The notes under the pieces were generated by a model. It saw only the letters and a program-made list of their open reading frames with translations, did no database searches and was not told the DNA's origin. A DNA stretch of 64,000 bases from a virus, in IMG/VR virus record IMGVR_UViG_3300037851_000500, positions 1-64,000 of that record. One strand, 5' to 3'. The position numbers were made by a program, and so were the translations under genes. Positions 46,148-56,100 of this stretch are shown here, piece after piece; the stretch's first letter is position 1, and each line of letters opens with the position of its first letter.

Positions 46148-47344
46148 TTATTTTACCTTTATATATTTTCCCATCCCAGACATATTTGAAAGTAACCTTG
46201 GAAGTTGAAAATGGGTTGTATAATCATAATGTGTATATTTTAATCTCCCCAATTTATTTCTAACATATGTTGTTTCTGTGGATAAACCACTATTATAAAT
46301 TGCAAATATCCCTTTTTCTTTACTTACAAAAACAGCATCATCAATTGAATAAGCATTAAATAAACTATTTCTTGCATAAAAATTAATACCATCTGGACTT
46401 AACCAATTAGAATACCCACTCCCATCAAAAAAGATAATTTCCTCACCCGTATATACATTCCCATACCACTGATAAAAATATTCTCCCTTTAGGGCCATAT
46501 TAATAACTGGAACCATTTCAACTGTATCAAAAGCATCAGAAGAAGTAATAAAAAACGGGAATGAGTTATTATCTCCGACCCACCATTTCCCATTTAAAAA
46601 TACAAAATAATTTAACCATTCCGGGGTATATTCACAAAAATAAAATGGATTTGAAGTAACACTAAAAGAAGTTCCATTATTAGTTTTTCTAAATTTATAA
46701 TCTGTACTATAAAAAACAAAGTATCCATTACTATCACAATTTGCACACCCCCCGCACATTACAGAAACATCAGATCCAAAAGTTGCTCCAGTATTCCAAT
46801 TATACCCATCAGATGAATAATAAAATTGACAATTAGCCCCACTCAATGATGATGCTATAAATACAGTTCCATTCCAACCTAAAAATTTCCAATTAACTGT
46901 TGCCGGTGCTGTAAATCCTGTCCATGATATACCATCAGAAGAATATGCCCCGGCATTTGAACCAGATCTAAGAGCAACAAAAATAGTTCCATTAGTTACT
47001 ACCGGACTCCAATATCCAGAGGAGGGTAGGACATCCCCGGTTAATTGCCATGTATCCCCACTGTCTGTAGAATAAAATACTTTTCTACTATTTAACGGAG
47101 TAGCTATAATTGTTGTTCCCTTTTTACATAATTTTACTAAATTAACAGTATTATTTTCAAATTCTACTTGTGACCATGATTGCGGATGTAATTCAAAGTT
47201 GGTAGACCCCGCAACATAGTTTGGATAGTCTGCCTGTAATAAAACAGAACCGTCACATTTTTTCCATTTAAAATCTGGGGCACAAAAGGAAGTTATAATA
47301 CTTCCAACCTTCATAGATGATGGTGAAACAGATAATAGTGTCAT
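46148..47344 (-). CDS. Tail-collar-type fibre protein with beta-propeller insert (paralog 2)
   Basis: VGSII..WKKCDGSVLLQADYP; S.DG..W repeats; THFQLP..YIKVK. Confidence 0.7.
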   Translation of the reverse strand: MTLLSVSPSSMKVGSIITSFCAPDFKWKKCDGSVLLQADYPNYVAGSTNFELHPQSWSQVEFENNTVNLVKLCKKGTTIIATPLNSRKVFYSTDSGDTWQLTGDVLPSSGYWSPVVTNGTIFVALRSGSNAGAYSSDGISWTGFTAPATVNWKFLGWNGTVFIASSLSGANCQFYYSSDGYNWNTGATFGSDVSVMCGGCANCDSNGYFVFYSTDYKFRKTNNGTSFSVTSNPFYFCEYTPEWLNYFVFLNGKWWVGDNNSFPFFITSSDAFDTVEMVPVINMALKGEYFYQWYGNVYTGEEIIFFDGSGYSNWLSPDGINFYARNSLFNAYSIDDAVFVSKEKGIFAIYNSGLSTETTYVRNKLGRLKYTHYDYTTHFQLPRLLSNMSGMGKYIKVK

Positions 47345-48520
47345 TTATCTAACCCTTATATACCAGTGTCTTCCAGTTTCTTGTCTATGACCACCAGCAA
47401 CTATAGGAAATTGAAAATGGGTAGCACTATTATAATTAAATTCACTAATCCTAATAGTAGATCCTTCACCAGAAATAACAAACCATAAACTATTAGAAGA
47501 ATCCCATACCCCAGAAACCCAAGAATAATCAGATCCTAAAGGTTTAAATATTGGATAAAAATTAATTAAATCATAAGAGTACATTAAATAACCCATAGAA
47601 CTGGAAGGGTCAAAAAATAAATACATGCCATTATCATAAACAACATAGTGAAACCCACCTGAATAGGCAGAATAATAGTAAAACATATCATCATAATCAC
47701 CACTACAAAACATTTGAACCCAATCCCAATTAATACCATCTTCAGAAATTTTTAAAATTCCATTATCTAATAAAATAATAAATTTTCCGTTAACATAAAA
47801 AATACCACCATTATAATTATTTGATGTTTGTACCGTCCATGTAGCACCGGAATCACTACTTGTTCCTAACATACCTGAATTGTGAAGAACTACTATAGTT
47901 CCAGCACCATCTGAAGCTATTCCTTTGTACCCAACATAACCTGAAGTTGAAGGGGTAACTGTATCTATTTCAGACCAACTTGCACCATCTGTTGATCTTG
48001 TCAGTTTATTATAATTGGTAGCACCAACATAAAAATAAGTACCGTCCCAACAAGAATATTTCCAATATTTACTTGCAGATAATGTTCTTAATGTCCAATT
48101 AATTCCATCTGTAGAAGTTGCAGCAGCCGTTCCAGTATCCCCAACCAACAAGCATATAGTTCCATTAGAACAACCATTTAACCAATTTCCAGTAGGAGAA
48201 GTTGCTAATGCCCATTCAGTAGAAGGAAATAAATTAGTTGCATAATAAATTTTACTATTAGTCCCGGCAGCTATATAAGTAGAACCAAGTTTTAATAAAA
48301 TTGACAAACTTAAATAATTAAAATATTCATTATCAAATATTAAATTATTCCATCTATTAGGATGAGGATTATCCAATATACTGTATAATAAAGGATAATC
48401 CGCCTGCAAAACTATTTGACCATAACACTTCACCCACTTATTACTTGGTGGTTGAGTTGCTTCAATTACAGAACCAATCGGATATATTTCCTGTGTTTGT
48501 GGATACAGTAACATTAGCAA
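47345..48520 (-). CDS. Tail-collar-type fibre protein with beta-propeller insert (paralog 1)
   Basis: PIGSVI..WVKCYGQIVLQADYP; STDGINW repeats; THFQFP..YIRVR. Confidence 0.7.
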   Translation of the reverse strand: MLMLLYPQTQEIYPIGSVIEATQPPSNKWVKCYGQIVLQADYPLLYSILDNPHPNRWNNLIFDNEYFNYLSLSILLKLGSTYIAAGTNSKIYYATNLFPSTEWALATSPTGNWLNGCSNGTICLLVGDTGTAAATSTDGINWTLRTLSASKYWKYSCWDGTYFYVGATNYNKLTRSTDGASWSEIDTVTPSTSGYVGYKGIASDGAGTIVVLHNSGMLGTSSDSGATWTVQTSNNYNGGIFYVNGKFIILLDNGILKISEDGINWDWVQMFCSGDYDDMFYYYSAYSGGFHYVVYDNGMYLFFDPSSSMGYLMYSYDLINFYPIFKPLGSDYSWVSGVWDSSNSLWFVISGEGSTIRISEFNYNSATHFQFPIVAGGHRQETGRHWYIRVR

Positions 48521-48975
48521 ACTCCTGCATAAATTGTTACATCCCCAGTAAAATCTATTAATTTTATTTTAAAACTTTTAGCACAAAAAACATTAGCAAA
48601 GACTATTGGAATTCCATAATATCTAGCAGGACTTCCACCATCAGATTCACCAGTATTATCTATATTTAATTCTTCAGAATATCCAATTATAGCATCAGCA
48701 GAATCATAAAATAAAAATCTAAAAGAAGCTATAATACTATCACTTGCATCAAAAGTAGATTTTAAAATTATATAATATCTTCCCTGAACGTCTATCGCAG
48801 CCACAGGGTAAGTCCCAGGCGTATCCTCTGCACTAATTTGTGCGCTTGGCAAAGTAACTACCCCAACACCCATCATTGATCGTTCTGTATGAACAGTTTG
48901 AGAATCAATTGTCATTGATTGGGTAGAAACCTTCTTACCCGATCCTTCCGTTACATCTATGTAGGCTTCACTCAT
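48514..48975 (-). CDS. Hypothetical virion protein
   Basis: Beta-rich 153-aa ORF with GGAG RBS in the tail cluster. Confidence 0.55.
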   Translation of the reverse strand: MSEAYIDVTEGSGKKVSTQSMTIDSQTVHTERSMMGVGVVTLPSAQISAEDTPGTYPVAAIDVQGRYYIILKSTFDASDSIIASFRFLFYDSADAIIGYSEELNIDNTGESDGGSPARYYGIPIVFANVFCAKSFKIKLIDFTGDVTIYAGVC

Positions 48976-49496
48976 AGCGTATCTCCAAAGTTTAAACGCG
49001 CAAATTCACCAAAGTATTTTTTAGCAGCAGAGTCATACGCTTTAGCCGCTGCAACCTCAGACTCAAAAACACCCAAATGCGTCTGACATTTATTAATACA
49101 TATATTAGATTGCCATTTATTTAAAACTTTATTAAAACATACACCTCTATACTTAGAACTTTTTTCCTTATTCTTATATTTTGTTTTAATAGAATTTATA
49201 TTATTTTGAGTAATACTACAAAATCTCAAATTTTCTTTTCTACAATCTAAACCATTACCATTAATATGATCCAAAATTTCTCCGCTTTTAGCACCCATAA
49301 TCACACGATGTAAATATTTTAATTTAGATATTTTAGTATTTTTATCCCAAAACTGCCCCATAGCATAATGTGTTTTAGATCTATTATTTGTTTTCCTTTT
49401 AAACCAGCATCTACCCTCTACTTTATAAAAATCCTCACAATCAATGATTGCAAATCCTCCGGTGCTCAACGATAAATAATATTTTGACAGATTCAT
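48972..49496 (-). CDS. HNH-AP2 homing endonuclease
   Basis: YLHRVIM, DHINGNGLDCRKENLR, SSKYRGV, HLGVF..E..AAKAYD.AA..YFGEFA. Confidence 0.9.
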   Translation of the reverse strand: MNLSKYYLSLSTGGFAIIDCEDFYKVEGRCWFKRKTNNRSKTHYAMGQFWDKNTKISKLKYLHRVIMGAKSGEILDHINGNGLDCRKENLRFCSITQNNINSIKTKYKNKEKSSKYRGVCFNKVLNKWQSNICINKCQTHLGVFESEVAAAKAYDSAAKKYFGEFARLNFGDTL

Positions 49497-49506
49497 AAAA
49501 CACCAA

Positions 49507-50076
49507 TTATACAGACTGTGCTGTAATTGAATAGACTATATTTATTTCCTCTGTTTCCTGAAATGGTCTTGCAGTTCCAAATCGTGTAGCACAAAATAAT
49601 TTACCAGATCCACTTGCACCATCTCCTTTAGTACTGATATTTACCATTCCAGACCCATAAATCGTTGTATTTACTCCTGTAGAAGCTGTAAATGATGCCG
49701 GATTAGCAGAATTTGTAATTTGTCTAGAAGAAACTCCAGCTTCCTGCCAAGTTGGTCTTGCAGCTTCATCATAATCAGTAAATTCATCCCATGAAGTTCC
49801 ACCTGTACCACCCTCCGTATATATCCATGAACTTGCAGGAGTAGAATTACTTTCATATAAAAAAATATAATGATTAGCAAAAGCAGTACCACCAGAAAAA
49901 TATACATCTAAAACATCATCAAGCCCCTCATAGGTGATTAAATTAAAAATATACTCTTTCCATTTTATTTCTTTAGTTATTTTATCTCTACAAACAATCC
50001 CCCAATACCCTTTCAAACCAAACTTGTTTTTAATTCCAAATTGCTTTTCAATAAATTTTTTAATAATACGATTCAT
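49507..50076 (-). CDS. Virion fibre subunit-like protein
   Basis: AAGGAGG before ATG 50076; NLITYEGLDDVL...EFTDY...RPTW...ITNSANPASF. Confidence 0.6.
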   Translation of the reverse strand: MNRIIKKFIEKQFGIKNKFGLKGYWGIVCRDKITKEIKWKEYIFNLITYEGLDDVLDVYFSGGTAFANHYIFLYESNSTPASSWIYTEGGTGGTSWDEFTDYDEAARPTWQEAGVSSRQITNSANPASFTASTGVNTTIYGSGMVNISTKGDGASGSGKLFCATRFGTARPFQETEEINIVYSITAQSV

Positions 50077-50093
50077 TTTAAGAGTTCCTCCTT

Positions 50094-50345
50094 TTAAGTA
50101 AATGTGTGTACAACTTGCCAAGATCCATTATAATAAACTTTTTCCTGATCATTTCCAGTATCTATCCATCTCATTCCGGTTACTGGAGTAACATTTGGGT
50201 AATTTTCTGGATCTCCTGGGGGGTATTCACTTGGAAACCCCAATAAGGCAGCTTCAATCAAATCCATATTATCATTTAATTCCAAATCATATCTTTGAGT
50301 AGCTTGTGCTGGTTTAGATAAATAAAAATATGTTGTGAATGCCAT
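50094..50345 (-). CDS. Small fibre-associated protein
   Basis: TTYFYLSKP..LNDNMDLIE..GMRWIDT..YYNGSW. Confidence 0.6.
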   Translation of the reverse strand: MAFTTYFYLSKPAQATQRYDLELNDNMDLIEAALLGFPSEYPPGDPENYPNVTPVTGMRWIDTGNDQEKVYYNGSWQVVHTFT

Positions 50346-50356
50346 ATTAGCCTCTC

Positions 50357-51556
50357 TTAAATGGGCATGGGTTCTATATCAATATATGCAACGGGGGATT
50401 CAACACCAGCCTCTATATAAAGATATATCTCGGCAATTGAAACACGCGCATCCCCATTATTAAGTGTAACATTAATTCTAAAATATCTATAGGCTGTATC
50501 TGCAACATCACAAACAAAGTCTCTTTTTTCTCCACTTCCCCATGAAATTTGATCGGTAACTGAATCAAGCTCATACCAAATGGAATCATCATTACTTCCA
50601 TACAACGTCCAATTTCTTGGCTGTCTATTTGGTTCAGGAATAGAATTACTTACTAAAGAATAACTACTTATTAGTTTGGCATTATCAACTCCAAGATCTA
50701 TTTTTACCCAACCAGTAGATATAGATGCAACCCAATAATGCCCAGAACCAAAAAGTGTGGAACTATCAAAACATTTCCATCCCCTATAAGAAGAAGTGTA
50801 ATAAGAACTTTCTGTAACCACACATGGGTAAGTATTATACACCACCATATTATGTGGGGCAACATCAATACTGGAATCACTATTATCCACCTGAGTAATT
50901 TCAAATCTTATATTTGGTTGAAAAGTTGTATTATCTGCAATATTAAAAGCAGAAGTATAAATATATTCAGCATCATCATCTGGATTTAAAGTATCTACTA
51001 TTGGAATAAATACAGTTCTTCTTAATGAATTGGTTAAAGCATTATACACACGCACAATAAACATTCCTAAATCAGAACAATCCCCGTCACCATAATCATG
51101 TTCTATACCATAACCTGCTTTTCCGTAACCTACCCCTGGTACTCTTGTCCTTGCCCTCCATGTCACTTTATAATCCACCAATGCTAAATTATATGTTCCA
51201 GATTCTACAAACCCTATACCCTCATTTAAACTTATAGAATAAACCATTCTTTGAGAAGTAGTATCTTGTAAATTTAATATTTCATCAAAATACCCCCATC
51301 CCCATCTTTCTTCTAAATCATTTAATCCCAAAATTTCTTCAAGGAATTCAGTTAATCCAAATTTATCTAATAAAGCTAAAGTCTCAGTTAATAAATAATT
51401 ATATATACTGCCGCCAATTGAGTGAAACCCAATATACTCTATAAAATGTGCTCTATAAATAATTTCATAATCAAATGAATCTGAAAATGCAACAGTTTCA
51501 GAAAAATAATAAACATCTGGAAATGGATTACTTCCTATAAATTTAAATAATTTCAT
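50357..51556 (-). CDS. Tail protein: E-x5-D repeats + FN3-like domain with inserted discoidin (F5/8C) domain
   Basis: ETVAFSD/ETLALLD/EILGLND/EILNLQD; TWRARTR; WVKIDLG..PRNWTLYGSND..YRYFRI..IAEI. Confidence 0.7.
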   Translation of the reverse strand: MKLFKFIGSNPFPDVYYFSETVAFSDSFDYEIIYRAHFIEYIGFHSIGGSIYNYLLTETLALLDKFGLTEFLEEILGLNDLEERWGWGYFDEILNLQDTTSQRMVYSISLNEGIGFVESGTYNLALVDYKVTWRARTRVPGVGYGKAGYGIEHDYGDGDCSDLGMFIVRVYNALTNSLRRTVFIPIVDTLNPDDDAEYIYTSAFNIADNTTFQPNIRFEITQVDNSDSSIDVAPHNMVVYNTYPCVVTESSYYTSSYRGWKCFDSSTLFGSGHYWVASISTGWVKIDLGVDNAKLISSYSLVSNSIPEPNRQPRNWTLYGSNDDSIWYELDSVTDQISWGSGEKRDFVCDVADTAYRYFRINVTLNNGDARVSIAEIYLYIEAGVESPVAYIDIEPMPI

Positions 51557-54500
51557 TCTTCCACCAATCGTAAAGATTCCGGGAAATATGGTCTATAACC
51601 ATATAATTGTATATTTATAGTAAAAGAAACAGCACTATTAAAGTTAAACATCGGAGAAGAACTATATATTAAAGGAACAACCCTAAAGGTCTGACTACCC
51701 AACCAAGTAGAAGCAATATCAACAAATATTGTTGGTTCATAAAAAGTTATTAAACTACCAGAAGCATGAGCAGCAGCATAAGTATCCCTTTGTTGGCGAA
51801 CAATATTCATTAATCTATTATTATCTGCATCAATACCATTATAACTTATTAATTCCTCCCCAATAAAAATTAATCCTGATGTTGGAAGTACACCAGACAA
51901 GTCTGAATATTCTATATAAGAATTATCAAAAATTGAATCGGTTAAAGAATTAACAAGTACCATTGTTATTGGCATAGGAGCAATATTACCAACAACATCC
52001 CAAGTAGTTCCATTAAATCTATAAACCCTTCCACCAATAATATTACTTTGAACAACATCAGAATTAAATCCAAAATAAAGATAAGGAAATTCTCTACTTT
52101 CAAAAATGTTTAAATTGGAAAATTGTGAAACTGGAGTCATATCATTAGTAATTCCTGGAAATCCATTAAAACTATTAGATATTAATAAATTTGATCCCTG
52201 ATCATGGTAAACATAAGGATTATATTCTTCACACTCTAATCTAACTTCAAAAGAATCTCCTACTTCTTCTAAAGACATAATTCTAAAATATTTTCCATTC
52301 CACCCGGTAATTTCATGGGACACTGTAATTATTTCACCAGGGCATAAATAAAGACCAGAAACATCAGCCTCAAAAGCGCAAGACCATTCTACAAATTCAT
52401 TATAATCCATTAATTGCTGTGCTAATCTATTAGCTTGGGAACTTCTCTTTACTCCCCGCATTTTATATGTTTGTATTTTATCATATTCATCAGACAATCT
52501 CAAATAATCTGATTGTGATTCTGCTATTTCATTAACATACTCCTGCAACCTATCCTTATATTCTACTCTAACTAAATTTGGACGTTTAAGCCTTGATTTT
52601 TGTGAAAATACAAAAGTTCCTTCTTTAATATTATCCTTTGGGTTAATATAAAAAGAGCTTCCAGAAATATTTAATCCATGCCAATATGCATCTTCACATA
52701 AAAGATTAAAAGTAGAATCTCCAATTATTTTTAATTGAGTAGTTGACATATGTTCTGTTACTATCACTTCATAAGTTATAAGATTAAAAGTAAATAATCC
52801 ACTTTCACCTTTAAAATAATTTATTGGGTAAGCACTTAAATCCAATGTTAAAATCATAAAATGTGTATCTTTTCCTGTCCAATTGTATGCCACATAAGCA
52901 GTAGACTGTGGATAAGTTGGAATATTCCCTTGAACTGTAAATAAATGCCCAGAACTTTCTTTACCAAAGGAAAATACAGGTGTTTCAGTTGAAGTAGGAA
53001 CTACATATCTTACTTTTTTACCACATTGAAAAATCCAACCCATACATGAATTCATTATATCCCTGGCAATATCCATCACGCTTTCTCTAGCATCCATGCA
53101 CAGAGAATATTGGTATCTTGGTTCCAAAAAATTAATATAATTATTACCAATAACTGCTGTTACAGTTACAGGCTCATTACAAGTGGACGTAGCAGGAGTA
53201 ACACTTGTAACATCTATTAAAGGAATACTGCCCTGTTGAAAATAATCACCAAAAACATCATTTTTAAAAAGAATATCTAGTGCCGATATAGGATTTTCAT
53301 CTCTATGATAAGAATAAGCACTACCTTGATAATACCCACTTAGCAATGTAGTAAAACTACTTGTTAAATTCCAATCAATTGTGGCATAACCACAGGTCCA
53401 TGCTGCTCCTGATTGAGCTACACATCTTAAAACTCCATTAGGATTAAGAGTTGTTGGTGCATTAAGAACCCAAAATTCTCCATAACCACCAAAAGAATAA
53501 TAACCACCATCATAAGCATGATTTAAATATATAAATAACTTATTTTCTATACCCACTTTTCCTATAGACATATCCTCATTAAAAGTTTCACCAGTAAACC
53601 ACCAACCATTATATAGTGGGCCTGTATATACAGTTTCCCTAACTAAAATCTTAATTAACCCACTAGAAAATCTATTATCCCTTAATCTACCAAATCTAAT
53701 TTGGTAATTTGGATAATCATAGCGAAGGGCATACCATTGTTTTATAAGTTCACCAGTATTAGGATTAGTTACCCATAACCATGCTGTAGCATGATAATTT
53801 ATTCCCCAAGCATGACCACACCCATTAGGATTTGACTCCCAAAGACCACGCTCATCCCATGTATCATTACCACCGGAGGAAAAATGATCAAAACTCAAAG
53901 TATCAGAATCTATTGCATATTGACAAATTTTTCCACAAGTTGGGATTTGCATACAAGCATAATATACCCAAATTTCTTCTTCAGTAGCACAAGTAGCTAT
54001 TAAATCTGAAAAGGAACAACAATACTGCAACCCCCACAAAGAATAAAAATAAGGAGCTAAAGTTTTATTTAAAATACCTTCAAATTCCCCTGTTTCTTTA
54101 TCAAATTGCAAAACAGCACATATATTAGGACCACCAATACTAGATATATCACTATATCTCCAAGGATCTCCGTCATTAACTTCATCAGTATATGCATCAT
54201 AGGGTAATTCTGGATTTACCACATCTTGATCATATGCAACTGACGGACTACCCTCAAAAACAAGATAATAATTTTGCCCAGGAACAGGGGCCACAGGTAA
54301 TGGATCTGTTAATGTAATATTCCCTCCAACAAAACTTTCACTCTGATCAATAGTAAAAGCCACATTATAATTATACCCAATTATTACAACTGCATCAAAT
54401 TTTCCATCACGATTAGTTGAAATTAAAGATGGTTTATAATTAGTAATTAAATGTGTAGTTGTACTTCCATAATCAACAGTTATAAATTCCTGTTCATATC

Positions 54501-56094
54501 TTTGAGCATAATCAAGATGCATATATGCCCCTGTAACTGGATTTCTACCCATTTCCTGATCAATATCAACATAAGTTTGTGTTTGAGCTACTATTCTTCT
54601 TGGAACTCCCTTACCACCAAAACTTAAATTACTTATAGATTCCCAAATATATTTATTCACCCACCAACCATCAGGATACCCGGAAAGATCTAAATAAATT
54701 CTTGTTCCTGGTGCTACAGTATCTTGGGTGCATCTTAAATTATCTTGTAAAGGAAAAGCATCTTGTACTAACTGACCAAATACTAATATTTTACCACTTC
54801 TTGTTACTTCCATTGATTTTGCTACAAAGGCACAATTCCCAGAATCAAAATGATTTAACCCATAAATAGGTTCATCCAATTTTAAAGATACTGGGTTTAA
54901 AGTATCTTCTCTATCAATATAAAATAAACTATATTTTAAAGAATATTGAGCGTGGTGCTTACTTTCTGGGTCAGTATCCAACCAATGGTTTTCTCCTGAT
55001 ACTATTTTTCCATGAAAAAAATATATTCTGTTATCCCACTCATCTGTACGAGATAAACTCATATCATTATTCCAACCAGCAGTTATATCATAAATATTCA
55101 TTGGATAGGTAACATTATTAACTGTAGTTGGATAATTAGCAATTACAGTTTCACCATAAAAAGGATGAATTCTTGAAAATCTAAATTGATTTACAAGATT
55201 AATAAAACCTGATTGAAAAGTATACCAATAATCATGTAAACCATCTCTGGAACTATGTCTTTGTACGGAAGATATAAAACTTGGTTGCGGTTTAAATGAT
55301 TCACCAGCATAAATAGAAAAACAAGATGTTACTTCTCCAGTTATGTCTGGAAATTGGGTTAGTCTTATAGCATCTCTAAAATTAAATTCATCAGCATTAT
55401 ATGTATCATCAATTCCAAGGTCCTCGACTATGGAAAAATCCCCAAACCACCCATCATAACTAAACCAGTTGTACCATTTATAAGGAACATCTGGATCTGG
55501 TTCTCTTAAAAGATAAGAAGTTGAATCCGTATAACCTGCATCTTTCCTAATCCATATTGGGTGAACACCAGCACCAATATTATAGTCTTCTAACATTCCC
55601 TCCATTTTAATAGCGTCACTTAACCACAACCCCCAAAACCAAATGTCTTTAGTATTAAAAAACAATCTATCAATATTATGTCTAAGACCAGCACCATAAT
55701 AAGGACCAATTTTTTGAGCAAAAGCAATAGCAAATTTAGAATTTGTAGGTCTGTAATATGAACCAAAATAAGAAGATCCCTGACTATATACTCCCTGTGC
55801 TCTTAATTCAGCAGAATCATACAAACTCAATTGCCCAAACCAAACAATTGAACCGGGGCAAATATCAGAACCAATTAAATATGGAACAGCATCCAATTTA
55901 GTAGATAAGTTAATATCCCTTGTTTCATTATTATATGGTTTATGATTTTTACCACCAATAATACCAAATATCCAAGCCCCCAACATTGAGCCAATCCAAC
56001 CACCCACCATAGAACCAATTGGCCCCCAGTAAGAACCAATTATGGAACCGAGTGTTCCACCAGCAGAACTACCTGTAGAAACATCCACTGACAT
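51553..56094 (-). CDS. Large J-like/GTA-type tail tip protein (paralog 2)
   Basis: Gly-rich N-terminus, VPYLIG, DNIKEG, PNLVRVEY, GVKRSSQANRLA, PGEIITVSH, EEYNPYVY. Confidence 0.8.
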   Translation of the reverse strand: MSVDVSTGSSAGGTLGSIIGSYWGPIGSMVGGWIGSMLGAWIFGIIGGKNHKPYNNETRDINLSTKLDAVPYLIGSDICPGSIVWFGQLSLYDSAELRAQGVYSQGSSYFGSYYRPTNSKFAIAFAQKIGPYYGAGLRHNIDRLFFNTKDIWFWGLWLSDAIKMEGMLEDYNIGAGVHPIWIRKDAGYTDSTSYLLREPDPDVPYKWYNWFSYDGWFGDFSIVEDLGIDDTYNADEFNFRDAIRLTQFPDITGEVTSCFSIYAGESFKPQPSFISSVQRHSSRDGLHDYWYTFQSGFINLVNQFRFSRIHPFYGETVIANYPTTVNNVTYPMNIYDITAGWNNDMSLSRTDEWDNRIYFFHGKIVSGENHWLDTDPESKHHAQYSLKYSLFYIDREDTLNPVSLKLDEPIYGLNHFDSGNCAFVAKSMEVTRSGKILVFGQLVQDAFPLQDNLRCTQDTVAPGTRIYLDLSGYPDGWWVNKYIWESISNLSFGGKGVPRRIVAQTQTYVDIDQEMGRNPVTGAYMHLDYAQRYEQEFITVDYGSTTTHLITNYKPSLISTNRDGKFDAVVIIGYNYNVAFTIDQSESFVGGNITLTDPLPVAPVPGQNYYLVFEGSPSVAYDQDVVNPELPYDAYTDEVNDGDPWRYSDISSIGGPNICAVLQFDKETGEFEGILNKTLAPYFYSLWGLQYCCSFSDLIATCATEEEIWVYYACMQIPTCGKICQYAIDSDTLSFDHFSSGGNDTWDERGLWESNPNGCGHAWGINYHATAWLWVTNPNTGELIKQWYALRYDYPNYQIRFGRLRDNRFSSGLIKILVRETVYTGPLYNGWWFTGETFNEDMSIGKVGIENKLFIYLNHAYDGGYYSFGGYGEFWVLNAPTTLNPNGVLRCVAQSGAAWTCGYATIDWNLTSSFTTLLSGYYQGSAYSYHRDENPISALDILFKNDVFGDYFQQGSIPLIDVTSVTPATSTCNEPVTVTAVIGNNYINFLEPRYQYSLCMDARESVMDIARDIMNSCMGWIFQCGKKVRYVVPTSTETPVFSFGKESSGHLFTVQGNIPTYPQSTAYVAYNWTGKDTHFMILTLDLSAYPINYFKGESGLFTFNLITYEVIVTEHMSTTQLKIIGDSTFNLLCEDAYWHGLNISGSSFYINPKDNIKEGTFVFSQKSRLKRPNLVRVEYKDRLQEYVNEIAESQSDYLRLSDEYDKIQTYKMRGVKRSSQANRLAQQLMDYNEFVEWSCAFEADVSGLYLCPGEIITVSHEITGWNGKYFRIMSLEEVGDSFEVRLECEEYNPYVYHDQGSNLLISNSFNGFPGITNDMTPVSQFSNLNIFESREFPYLYFGFNSDVVQSNIIGGRVYRFNGTTWDVVGNIAPMPITMVLVNSLTDSIFDNSYIEYSDLSGVLPTSGLIFIGEELISYNGIDADNNRLMNIVRQQRDTYAAAHASGSLITFYEPTIFVDIASTWLGSQTFRVVPLIYSSSPMFNFNSAVSFTINIQLYGYRPYFPESLRLVEE

Positions 56095-56100
56095 GAGTAT

